The notes beneath the pieces were generated by a model. The model saw only the letters and a program-made list of their open reading frames with translations. It ran no database searches and was not told where the DNA came from. Shown piece by piece: positions 29,399 through 37,267 of a stretch of DNA of 64,000 nucleotides. This stretch comes from an uncultured Parcubacteria group bacterium (GTDB lineage Bacteria > Patescibacteriota > Patescibacteriia > UBA9934 > CAMTUG01). Location: positions 23,490 to 87,489 of the forward strand of contig CAMTUG010000004.1 in the NCBI GenBank assembly GCA_947084965.1, given 5' to 3'. A program made the position numbers and the translations under genes. Within the stretch, counting starts at the first letter, position 1; the number at the start of each line of letters is the position of its first letter.

Positions 29399-30072
29399 AG
29401 ATTCATCGATTTATCACCGACGCCAACCTTGACGACGACGCCGTGATGCTGACCGGCGATCTTTTTCATCAGATCAAAAACGTTTTGAAGTTGAAGATCA
29501 ACGAAACGATCGATCTTTCAGACGGCCACGGAATAGCTCGGCGCGGAACGATCACGACGATCACCAAGACCTCGGTCGACGTGCACCTTCACGAAACGCT
29601 ATCTGCGCTCGAAAGCACGAAGCGTGTTGTGTTGTACTGCGCCATATTGAAACGTGAAAACTTCGAGTTGGTGGTGCAAAAGGCGACCGAGATTGGGGCG
29701 AGCGAAATCGTGCCCGTGCACACCGAACGGACAGTCAAACTTGGTATCAAGATGGATCGCTTACAAAAAATCGCTCTCGAAGCGGCGGAGCAATCTGGCC
29801 GCAGTGTTGTACCGACGATTCACGAGCCGATGAAGTTTGCTGATGCTCTCGATGACGCGAAACGAAACGACACGAACACCATCTTGCACATGGATGGCAA
29901 GGATTTGCCACAAACAAAAACATCGATCGGACTTTTTATCGGTCCTGAGGGCGGCTGGTCGAAAAACGAGCTCACTCTCGCCGCATCCGCCGGACTTGTA
30001 GCCACTTCGCTCGGCCCACGACCACTCCGCGCCGAAACGGCAGCGATCATCGCTACTTATCTTAATGTGTAA
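29395..30072 (+). CDS. rsmE: 16S rRNA m3U1498 methyltransferase
   Basis: QKATEIG, EAAEQSGR, IGPEGGW, LRAETAA; GTG start overlaps upstream stop. Confidence 0.93.
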   Translation: MKIHRFITDANLDDDAVMLTGDLFHQIKNVLKLKINETIDLSDGHGIARRGTITTITKTSVDVHLHETLSALESTKRVVLYCAILKRENFELVVQKATEIGASEIVPVHTERTVKLGIKMDRLQKIALEAAEQSGRSVVPTIHEPMKFADALDDAKRNDTNTILHMDGKDLPQTKTSIGLFIGPEGGWSKNELTLAASAGLVATSLGPRPLRAETAAIIATYLNV

Positions 30073-30111
30073 AATGCGCTATACTTAGCGCGTTGACCTT
30101 TTGAAATTTCT

Positions 30112-31836
30112 ATGCGCAAACATCTTTTTTGGTTCGGTGCGATCGTTGTTCTGATCCTCGCCGCGGTCGCCATTTTCTACCGCGACCGTATTCCTACCGT
30201 CGTGATCCCAGGAACAAACGATGAGGACTCGTTTGCCGATACGATCATTGAAGGATTCACCCTGACAACCTTTGCCGATGACCTCGGCGGGGCGCGCGAT
30301 ATGATTCGCGACGATGTCGGGAATATTCTTGTGAGTATTCCGTCGGAAGGATCGGTAAAATCCGTGTCCCCAGACGGCTCTGTGCGCACGCTGTTGCGCG
30401 GTCTCAATAAACCACACGGACTGGCGATGCGCTGCGTCGAAGGATGCACGCTGTACGTCGCCGAAACGGACGCGATCGTTGCCTATACATTTGAAAACGG
30501 CGAAGTGACGTCCGAAGCGACAACACTCGTCGATCTCCCCGGCGGCGGATTTCACTCCACCCGCTCGCTCACCTTCCTCCCCTCCCCGGACGATAACGTT
30601 CTCCTCGTCTCGATCGGCTCGTCCTGCAATGCCTGCGACGAATCAGACGATCGCCGCGCAACGATCATGGCGTTTGAAGTCGAAGACAAAGATGAGCCGT
30701 ACTTACAGCCATTTGCCACCGGTTTGCGCAACAGCGTCTTTATGGCGCTTCATCCAGCGACGGGCGACGTATGGGCAACGGAAATGGGCCGCGACTTCCT
30801 CGGCGATGATCTCCCACCAGATGAAATCAATATCATCCGCGAAGGGGGTGACTACGGCTGGCCGATCTGCTACGGACAGAATATCAACGATCGTGACGTT
30901 GATAAGAACGTCTACATCCAAGATCCGTGTAACGACAAGATTGCCGCACACATCGATCTCCCTGCTCACGTCGCTCCTCTTGGAATCGCCTTCATTCCAG
31001 AAGAAGGTTGGCCAGAAGAATGGTGGTACGACGCGGTCGTCAGCTATCACGGGTCATGGAATAGCTCGACGCCCGTCGGCTACAAAGTGGTGCGCATTCC
31101 GCTCGACGCCGAAGGAAATCAAACCGGACCGATCGTCGACCTCTTCACCGGCTTTTTGGATGAAGAAGGTGAAGCGATCGGACGGCCAGTCGATCTGCTG
31201 ATTGAACCGGGCGGAACGATCTATATCTCCGACGACAAAGCTGGCAAGATTTACAAAGCGGTGGCCCAGCAAGAAGAATCAACAACGTATAACGATCTGA
31301 TCCGTGTCACAAATCTTTCGGAAGGCGACACGATTAAAAGTCCGCTGACGCTTTCGGGCGAAGCGCGCGGCAACTGGTACTTTGAAGCGAGTTTTCCGAT
31401 TCGACTGTACGACGCCGATGGAAATGAATTGGCCGTGGCGGTCGCCCAGGCCCAAGGGGATTGGATGACGACCGAATACGTTCCGTTTAAAACAACACTC
31501 ACCTTTGATCCTCCATCGACACCAACGGGGACGATCGTTCTACAAAAAGATAATCCTTCTGGATTACCGGAATATGATGACGCCTTCCGCATCAACGTGC
31601 AGTTTGGCCCATCTGCCGACGGACGTGCGGACTGTAAACCAACCGGATGTAGTTCTCAGGTGTGCTCGGACGAAGATAGGGTCACAACCTGCGAGTATCG
31701 AGCTGAATATGCCTGTTACCAGTCAGCAACGTGCGAACGGCAATCCAATGGCGAATGCGGATGGACAACCACGACGAAACTGTTGACCTGTCTTGAAGAA
31801 GCGGCGCTCTCTACCCCAGAAGAGATTATCTATTAA
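30112..31836 (+). CDS. PQQ-dependent sugar dehydrogenase fused to Gmad2-like Ig and eight-cysteine domains
   Basis: GLRNS, GRDFLGDDLPPDEIN, YGWP, HGSWN; GEARGNWYFEASFP...NPSG; GCSSQVC..TTCEY..YACY..CERQ..CGW. Confidence 0.85.
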   Translation: MRKHLFWFGAIVVLILAAVAIFYRDRIPTVVIPGTNDEDSFADTIIEGFTLTTFADDLGGARDMIRDDVGNILVSIPSEGSVKSVSPDGSVRTLLRGLNKPHGLAMRCVEGCTLYVAETDAIVAYTFENGEVTSEATTLVDLPGGGFHSTRSLTFLPSPDDNVLLVSIGSSCNACDESDDRRATIMAFEVEDKDEPYLQPFATGLRNSVFMALHPATGDVWATEMGRDFLGDDLPPDEINIIREGGDYGWPICYGQNINDRDVDKNVYIQDPCNDKIAAHIDLPAHVAPLGIAFIPEEGWPEEWWYDAVVSYHGSWNSSTPVGYKVVRIPLDAEGNQTGPIVDLFTGFLDEEGEAIGRPVDLLIEPGGTIYISDDKAGKIYKAVAQQEESTTYNDLIRVTNLSEGDTIKSPLTLSGEARGNWYFEASFPIRLYDADGNELAVAVAQAQGDWMTTEYVPFKTTLTFDPPSTPTGTIVLQKDNPSGLPEYDDAFRINVQFGPSADGRADCKPTGCSSQVCSDEDRVTTCEYRAEYACYQSATCERQSNGECGWTTTTKLLTCLEEAALSTPEEIIY

Positions 31837-31837
31837 T

Positions 31838-32161
31838 ATGGACTTGCTTCAAAAGAAATGTGCGGCTTGTGAGGGCGGGACCCCGCCGCTCACAGCAGAC
31901 CAGATCGCCACGTTCAAGGCAGAATTAAAAACCCCTTGGGACGTCGTAGACGAAAAACATCTTCGACGATCGTTCACCTTTGCGGATTTCAAGGAGGCGA
32001 TGGAGTTTGTAAACAAGGTCGCCGAGGTCGCTGAGTCGGAAGGTCACCACCCAGATATCAGCATTCACTGGAACAAGGTCGACATTGATCTGTGGACCCA
32101 TGCGATCGGCGGACTCTCAGAAAACGACTTTATCCTCGCGGCAAAAATCGAGGTTCTGTAA
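31838..32161 (+). CDS. phhB: Pterin-4a-carbinolamine dehydratase
   Basis: EGHHPDI, WTHAIGGLSENDFILAAK. Confidence 0.9.
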   Translation: MDLLQKKCAACEGGTPPLTADQIATFKAELKTPWDVVDEKHLRRSFTFADFKEAMEFVNKVAEVAESEGHHPDISIHWNKVDIDLWTHAIGGLSENDFILAAKIEVL

Positions 32162-32246
32162 TCCAAAAACAACAAGAGACTCGGCCCTTGATCGCCGGGC
32201 CTCTTTTTGTTAAGGTCCGGTCGGACCATCAACCCCGGAGAGTCCC

Positions 32247-34046
32247 ATGACCCGCACCGTCCCGACCCGCACCGTCCCGACCCGTCCCGATCCCCACTCG
32301 TACCGTGACAACACCCAGCCGACCATGAAGCACATCGAAGTCGAGATCGAACCTGACTTCGACCAGCGCATCATCTACGGCGTCGTCGAGATCGTCTTCG
32401 ATCGCGGCGGTACCGTTGACCTCGACACCCGTGACCTGACGATCACGCGCGTCGTCAACGCCGACTTCCAGTCGCTCCCCTTCGAGCTCGCCGAGCCGGA
32501 CCCGCTGCTCGGCACCCGACTGACCTTCGTCGTTCCGGACGACGAGCCGGTGGTCATCATCGAGTACAAGACCGCCCCGACCGCCAGCGGCCTGCAGTGG
32601 CTCACCCCGGAACAGACCGCGGGCAAGCGGCACCCCTTCCTCTACAGCCAGGGGGAGTGCATCCACACCCGGAGCTACATCCCTTGCCAGGACACCCCCG
32701 GCGTGCGGGTCACGTTCCAGGGCAGGATCATCGTGCCGTCGGAACTGCGAGGACTGATGGCCGCAACCTTCGTCGAGCGCCGCAAGGATGGTGACGGAGT
32801 CTCCGACACCTGGAAGATGACGAAGCCGATCCCGCCCTACCTGATCGCCTTCGCTGTCGGCGACGTCGTCTCACACGCCCTCACGCCTCGCATCCGCGTC
32901 TGGGCCGAACGCCCGGTGATCGAAGCCGCGGCGCGCGAGTTCGAGGCCCTGTCGACGATCATGGACAAGGCCGAGGAGCTCTTCGGTCCCTACCCCTGGG
33001 ACCGCTACGACCTCCTCATCATGCCCCCCTCCTTCCCGTTCGGCGGGATGGAGAACCAGGGGCTGACCTTCCTCAGCCCGTCGGTTCTCGCCGGAGATGG
33101 CTCGATGCTCTCCGTGGTCGCCCACGAGCTGGCCCACTCCTGGACCGGCAACCTGGTGACCAACGCGACCTGGGACCACTTCTGGCTGAACGAGGGCTGG
33201 ACGACCTGGGCCGAGGGACGGATCGGCGAGCTCGCCTTCGGCGTCTCGGTCGCGGACCTCAACCGCGCGATCATGGGTACCGACCTCCGGCGCGACATCG
33301 AGCGGTTCATGAAGACCGGCCGACCGGATCTCACTCGCCTCGCCTGGAACCTCGGTGGCACTGACCCGGACGACGCCTTCAGCCGCGTCCCCTACAGCAA
33401 GGGCGCCCAGTTCCTGACGGCGCTCGAGACCCACGTCGGCCGCGACGCCTTCGATGCGTTCACCATGCACTACATCCAGGAATTCGCCTTCCAGAGCATC
33501 ACGACCGAGGAGTTCCTCCACTTCCTCGAAGCACACCTGCCGGGCGCGTTCGCGGCGATCGATGGCGATACCTGGATCCACGGCACCGGAATGCCGAGCA
33601 CCGCCGTGCCGATCTCCTCCCCGCTCATCGACGAGGTCACGCAGTTCGCCGTCCAGGGGCAGCTCCCGTCGCTCGCGCAGGCCGCGGACTGGCACGCGCT
33701 GCAGTGGGCGATCTACCTCGAGCGCCTTCCGCGGACGATCATGCACGATCGCATCCACGACCTCCAGCGCCTCCTGCACCTCGAGGAGCACGGCAACATG
33801 GACATCCGCTTCAACCTGGCGCTCCTGTACGCCGAGGCAGGCTACTACGACGGACTCCAGTTCGTCGAGTCGGTCCTCGCGGGCACCGGTCGCACCCGCT
33901 ACCTCCTCCCGATCTACAAGGCGCTGGCGCAGAAGGGCGGCGTCTTCGGAGAGTTCGCCCGCCGCGTCTTCGCCGAGCAGAGCGCGAGCTACCACGCGAT
34001 CGCTCAGAAGGGGGTCGAACGGACCTTCGTCGAAGCAGCCACGTAG
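32247..34046 (+). CDS. M1 aminopeptidase (leukotriene A4 hydrolase-like), GC-rich
   Basis: DPHSY, GGMEN, HELAH-x18-E (WLNEG), PYSKG; 15-bp tandem duplication at 5' end (TRTVP x2). Confidence 0.93.
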   Translation: MTRTVPTRTVPTRPDPHSYRDNTQPTMKHIEVEIEPDFDQRIIYGVVEIVFDRGGTVDLDTRDLTITRVVNADFQSLPFELAEPDPLLGTRLTFVVPDDEPVVIIEYKTAPTASGLQWLTPEQTAGKRHPFLYSQGECIHTRSYIPCQDTPGVRVTFQGRIIVPSELRGLMAATFVERRKDGDGVSDTWKMTKPIPPYLIAFAVGDVVSHALTPRIRVWAERPVIEAAAREFEALSTIMDKAEELFGPYPWDRYDLLIMPPSFPFGGMENQGLTFLSPSVLAGDGSMLSVVAHELAHSWTGNLVTNATWDHFWLNEGWTTWAEGRIGELAFGVSVADLNRAIMGTDLRRDIERFMKTGRPDLTRLAWNLGGTDPDDAFSRVPYSKGAQFLTALETHVGRDAFDAFTMHYIQEFAFQSITTEEFLHFLEAHLPGAFAAIDGDTWIHGTGMPSTAVPISSPLIDEVTQFAVQGQLPSLAQAADWHALQWAIYLERLPRTIMHDRIHDLQRLLHLEEHGNMDIRFNLALLYAEAGYYDGLQFVESVLAGTGRTRYLLPIYKALAQKGGVFGEFARRVFAEQSASYHAIAQKGVERTFVEAAT

Positions 34047-34080
34047 TTCAACCGGACCCTGACTCTCACACACGAACAGC

Positions 34081-34105
34081 CCCGGTCGGATCACTTCCGG
34101 CCGGG
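34081..34105 (+). terminator. 3' hairpin with TCACT loop (NCACT family)
   Basis: CCCGGTCGGA-TCACT-TCCGGCCGGG then cgctcgttttaaaa. Confidence 0.7.
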
Positions 34106-34113
34106 CGCTCGTT

Positions 34114-34701
34114 TTAAAAATCGATTCCTTCACGCGCTTTCACGCCGGAGTAAAAGTAATGTTTGTGTAAAACGACTTCGGACACAAGATGCGCTTTTGT
34201 TTTGAATGACTCCGGAGCGTTGCGACCTGTTAAAATCAACTCAAGTTTGTCCGGTTTTTGATCAAGCAATTTCAACACCTCCGCTTCGTCGAGAAACCCG
34301 AGCGCCGTACTCGAATTCACTTCATCGAGAACGATCAAGTCATACACATTATTGGCAAATAGTTCTCGCGCTTTAGTAATTCCTTCCGCCCCGAGCTTGC
34401 GATCAACATCGGTCACCGAAAAATCAAATCGACCACTGACCGGATCGATCCGATCGCGCCCAAAGGCAAACCAATCCACGCCGATCTGATCAAACACACT
34501 CCGTTCCATGTAGTGCTCTCCACCTTTGTCGAAATAAAGAAACGCCGCCCGCTTCCCCGCCCCAACTGTGCGCACGCACGACCCGATCGCACTGGTCGTT
34601 TTCCCTTTCCCGTCGCCGGTCACAACCTGAATCAACCCATACCCTTGGCGTCCTTTAATCCGCTCGTCAAGTTCCGGCGCTCCTGATACAGTGTTTTCCA
34701 T
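34114..34701 (-). CDS. btuR: Cob(I)alamin adenosyltransferase (BtuR/CobO)
   Basis: TGDGKGKTTSAIG, LDEV, ILTGRNAP, KH...G.KAREGIDF. Confidence 0.92.
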   Translation of the reverse strand: MENTVSGAPELDERIKGRQGYGLIQVVTGDGKGKTTSAIGSCVRTVGAGKRAAFLYFDKGGEHYMERSVFDQIGVDWFAFGRDRIDPVSGRFDFSVTDVDRKLGAEGITKARELFANNVYDLIVLDEVNSSTALGFLDEAEVLKLLDQKPDKLELILTGRNAPESFKTKAHLVSEVVLHKHYFYSGVKAREGIDF

Positions 34702-35481
34702 ATGACCTACGACGAACTACGAAATGAAATTCTGACCAAAGGATATCATGAAGTTCCTTTCTCCGTCCCACGCTCGGCAGTCGAACTAGCGATCGCTCGC
34801 TATTTTGATTTTCTTACTCTGTCTGATGAAGAAAAGAACCGCTGGACGATTCACTTGAAGAGGGATGAAAACGATCGTGGTTCAGAGCTCGGGCATTGGC
34901 GAAGGCAATCCAAAACGGGATTCGGTTACGACGATAAGGAATTTTTTCATTATAACGCAGAGTTTCGTAACCGCTTCCGCAATGATCCAACAGCCCCACC
35001 AGAACTCACGGCGTTCATCGACGCTACAGAACCGATCTACCAGGCCGCTATGAGTTCTATCCAGTCCATGCTCGATATTGTCGGAGAAAAATATCCGAAC
35101 GTCGCCGATCCTTACAATGAACTGAGTGTCCTCAGGTTCCTTAAATACGACCGAGCCCCGGCGGGAGAATTTTTGGCGCGGGGCCATTACGATCGTGGGG
35201 GTTGTTCATTGGCGATTGCAGAGAGTGCCCCAGGGCTTCGCATCGGTCACACCGAACGCGATCTTAAAGAGGTCACCCACCAGGAAGGAAAGGCGTTCTT
35301 CTTCCCAGCCCTGTTTATGGATCAGAAGACAAACGGAGAATTTCCACCAAGTTGGCATGACGTCGTACAAAAATCCGAGAACGCATTTCGACCAGACACA
35401 GCTCGTTGGGCGATCGTCTTTTTTGCCACACCGAACGAACCGTCCTACTTTGACCGCGAACTGGTTCACACTTCGCGTTAA
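34702..35481 (+). CDS. 2OG-Fe(II) oxygenase family protein
   Basis: LRFLKY, HYD (HxD), WHDV distal His, RWAIVFF. Confidence 0.75.
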   Translation: MTYDELRNEILTKGYHEVPFSVPRSAVELAIARYFDFLTLSDEEKNRWTIHLKRDENDRGSELGHWRRQSKTGFGYDDKEFFHYNAEFRNRFRNDPTAPPELTAFIDATEPIYQAAMSSIQSMLDIVGEKYPNVADPYNELSVLRFLKYDRAPAGEFLARGHYDRGGCSLAIAESAPGLRIGHTERDLKEVTHQEGKAFFFPALFMDQKTNGEFPPSWHDVVQKSENAFRPDTARWAIVFFATPNEPSYFDRELVHTSR

Positions 35482-35942
35482 GGATTCTCCCGTCGCCATT
35501 TGATGATCTCGATCGCGGCGAGGGCAGCCTCGATCCCTTTGTTGTTGTCGTTGTCGCCACCACGGGCGATGACCTGTTCGATCGAGGTGACCGGCAGGAC
35601 CTCGATCAAGATCGGGATGTCGTTGTCATGCATCGCGCGCACAAACCCTTGTTCAATCATGTTTAGAATGAGATCGAAGTGATACGTCTCCCCTTTCATA
35701 ATCACCCCGAAGCAAACGATCGCATCAAACGTTTTACTCTTAGCCAAACGATCAGCGGCGAGCGGAAGTTCGAGCGAACCTGGGAGGACGTGCAGCTCTG
35801 ATGTCGCCCCGGCCGCACCCAAAATCTCCACGCACTTCTCGACCATCAGATTCGTTTCATCGCTGTGCCACTTTGATTGAAGAATCGCAACCTTGGTCCC
35901 TTCGATCTTCGGCAGGTTCTCGGTCGAATAGTGATGTTGCAT
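35478..35942 (-). CDS. ribH: 6,7-dimethyl-8-ribityllumazine synthase
   Basis: LPGSLELP, GVIMKGETYHFD, NKGIEAA; start MQHHY (upstream extension is a REP). Confidence 0.9.
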   Translation of the reverse strand: MQHHYSTENLPKIEGTKVAILQSKWHSDETNLMVEKCVEILGAAGATSELHVLPGSLELPLAADRLAKSKTFDAIVCFGVIMKGETYHFDLILNMIEQGFVRAMHDNDIPILIEVLPVTSIEQVIARGGDNDNNKGIEAALAAIEIIKWRRENP

Positions 35943-35948
35943 AGTTTG

Positions 35949-35974
35949 TATAGGCGGGGCCACTGCGCCCCGCC
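35949..35974 (+). repeat. REP copy A
   Basis: TATA-GGCGGGGC-CACTGC-GCCCCGCC. Confidence 0.9.
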
Positions 35975-35978
35975 GCGA

Positions 35979-36548
35979 TTAATCGACCCGATAATCTGGA
36001 TTCACGTAAAGATATGGATAATCCCTTGGCCTTGCCGCAAGTCCATCTTCTACTGGATTTTCCATTATGTAAAGGATCTTCTCCTCGAGCTTCCGTTCAT
36101 TGAGGATAAGATAGTCAAAAAACGAGTCCTGCCAAATCTTTTTTATATCTCGGCTTGGCGGGGCAGAGTCGCCCCGCCTATACGATGGTTCGTTAACGGA
36201 TGAACGCTGGTCTGAGCTTGAACCTTGTATTATAGGCGGGGCCACTGCGCCCCGCCTCGCCGATTCATCCGCGTACCATCGAGCAAAATAACTCTTTACA
36301 CCGTGCATATAATCCGAAAACGTTTTCTCTTTTGTCTGCGGCCAGATAATCGCGTGAAAATGATCCGGCATGACGACCGCGGCGATGAGCTCAACTTTAA
36401 AGCGGTCTGCGTAAAAGTGAAGTTCCTCGAGGAGCTTGCGAGCGCATACTTCATCTCTAAATATCTCCGCCCGCCCATGCGTCACCGAGGTTACGTAGTG
36501 CGGTGTGTCCTCGTGGACAAAAAGAGCGTGATAGCGAGGGGAACGCAT
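35979..36548 (-). CDS. rayT: REP-associated tyrosine (Y1 HUH) transposase
   Basis: HYVTSVT, VVMPDHFH (HUH), WQDSFFD, YIMENPV, YPY; start MRSPRY. Confidence 0.9.
   Translation of the reverse strand: MRSPRYHALFVHEDTPHYVTSVTHGRAEIFRDEVCARKLLEELHFYADRFKVELIAAVVMPDHFHAIIWPQTKEKTFSDYMHGVKSYFARWYADESARRGAVAPPIIQGSSSDQRSSVNEPSYRRGDSAPPSRDIKKIWQDSFFDYLILNERKLEEKILYIMENPVEDGLAARPRDYPYLYVNPDYRVD
36157..36182 (-). repeat. REP copy B (inside rayT)
   Basis: GGCGGGGC-AGAGTC-GCCCCGCC-TATA. Confidence 0.9.
36231..36256 (+). repeat. REP copy C (inside rayT)
   Basis: Identical to copy A. Confidence 0.9.
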
Positions 36549-36553
36549 ACGAA

Positions 36554-36766
36554 CTAAAGCGCATATTTTCCAATCGTCGTGCAAAAATCGTAAGTCTTTT
36601 CCCAATTGCCAGTACTAGTATCTTCACTTGTCCCCTCCATAACTCGATCTAGGCATCTCGAAATCCTTAGATCGTCCAAGATCGGCCAAACAACCAAGCG
36701 AAATAGAATCGAGCAGGAAACAATCCCTGTTCCAATTATTATCGTCCAAGTTAGTTTTTTACCCAT
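36554..36766 (-). CDS. Small membrane-anchored hypothetical protein (70 aa)
   Basis: N-terminal TM, Cys pair, AT-rich; directly upstream of rayT. Confidence 0.6.
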   Translation of the reverse strand: MGKKLTWTIIIGTGIVSCSILFRLVVWPILDDLRISRCLDRVMEGTSEDTSTGNWEKTYDFCTTIGKYAL

Positions 36767-36779
36767 ACTATAAGGAGGT

Positions 36780-36804
36780 GGTGGGACTCAGTGGCCCCGC
36801 CATA
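36780..36804 (-). repeat. REP copy D (degenerate)
   Basis: GGTGGGAC-TCAGTG-GCCCCGCC-ATA. Confidence 0.8.
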
Positions 36805-36805
36805 A

Positions 36806-36997
36806 TTAACCCAGGGCCAGAGTATTCCAAGCAGCTCGAGCAGTATCTTCATTATCGAATAACCGTTCGGGAATATGGACAACCTGAGTTCGGCTGGCTT
36901 CCGGCCAATCATAAATCACCCACCGATCGCCCCAATTAACGAGTTCATGTTTCAAGCCCAGGGCATCTATAAATTCAGCAACAACTTTTTTAGGCAC
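36806..36997 (-). CDS. Small hypothetical protein (63 aa) between REPs
   Basis: ORF fills the interval between REP E and REP D; start uncertain. Confidence 0.5.
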   Translation of the reverse strand: MPKKVVAEFIDALGLKHELVNWGDRWVIYDWPEASRTQVVHIPERLFDNEDTARAAWNTLALG

Positions 36998-37009
36998 ATC
37001 TTACGCAAA

Positions 37010-37035
37010 GGCGGGGCACAGTGGCCCCGCCTATA
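37010..37035 (-). repeat. REP copy E
   Basis: GGCGGGGC-ACAGTG-GCCCCGCC-TATA. Confidence 0.9.
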
Positions 37036-37036
37036 A

Positions 37037-37252
37037 TTAACCAATTATCTCAGGGCCGCTAATTTTCCAGGCACCCGCTCCGGTCAACTTCACTGTCGTT
37101 CTGCCAGAAACGGCCTTGATCCCAACTTGACCGTGCGTTTCTTTCGTCCAACCATTCCCACCCCCGACGATCTCCAGCACTGGGCTGATCTCAGCTTTCT
37201 TACCAAAATCGAGACCAAGGTTTCCAATCAATGTAGGTTTCAAATCAAACAT
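37037..37252 (-). CDS. Small hypothetical protein (71 aa)
   Basis: Starts 15 bp after the nrdJ stop and ends at REP E. Confidence 0.55.
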   Translation of the reverse strand: MFDLKPTLIGNLGLDFGKKAEISPVLEIVGGGNGWTKETHGQVGIKAVSGRTTVKLTGAGAWKISGPEIIG

Positions 37253-37267
37253 AAATTTTATTGCTCT

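Noticed and set aside
32250-32290. 15-bp tandem repeat as a phase-variation switch
   Set aside because: Unit length is a multiple of three, so copy changes keep the frame
35949-37035. REP copies as a CRISPR array
   Set aside because: Mixed orientations, irregular 48-520 bp spacing, no cas genes; the adjacent RAYT explains them
36800-37045. Integron attC sites at the small ORFs
   Set aside because: No RYYYAAC/GTTRRRY pair with attC structure and no tyrosine integrase in the window
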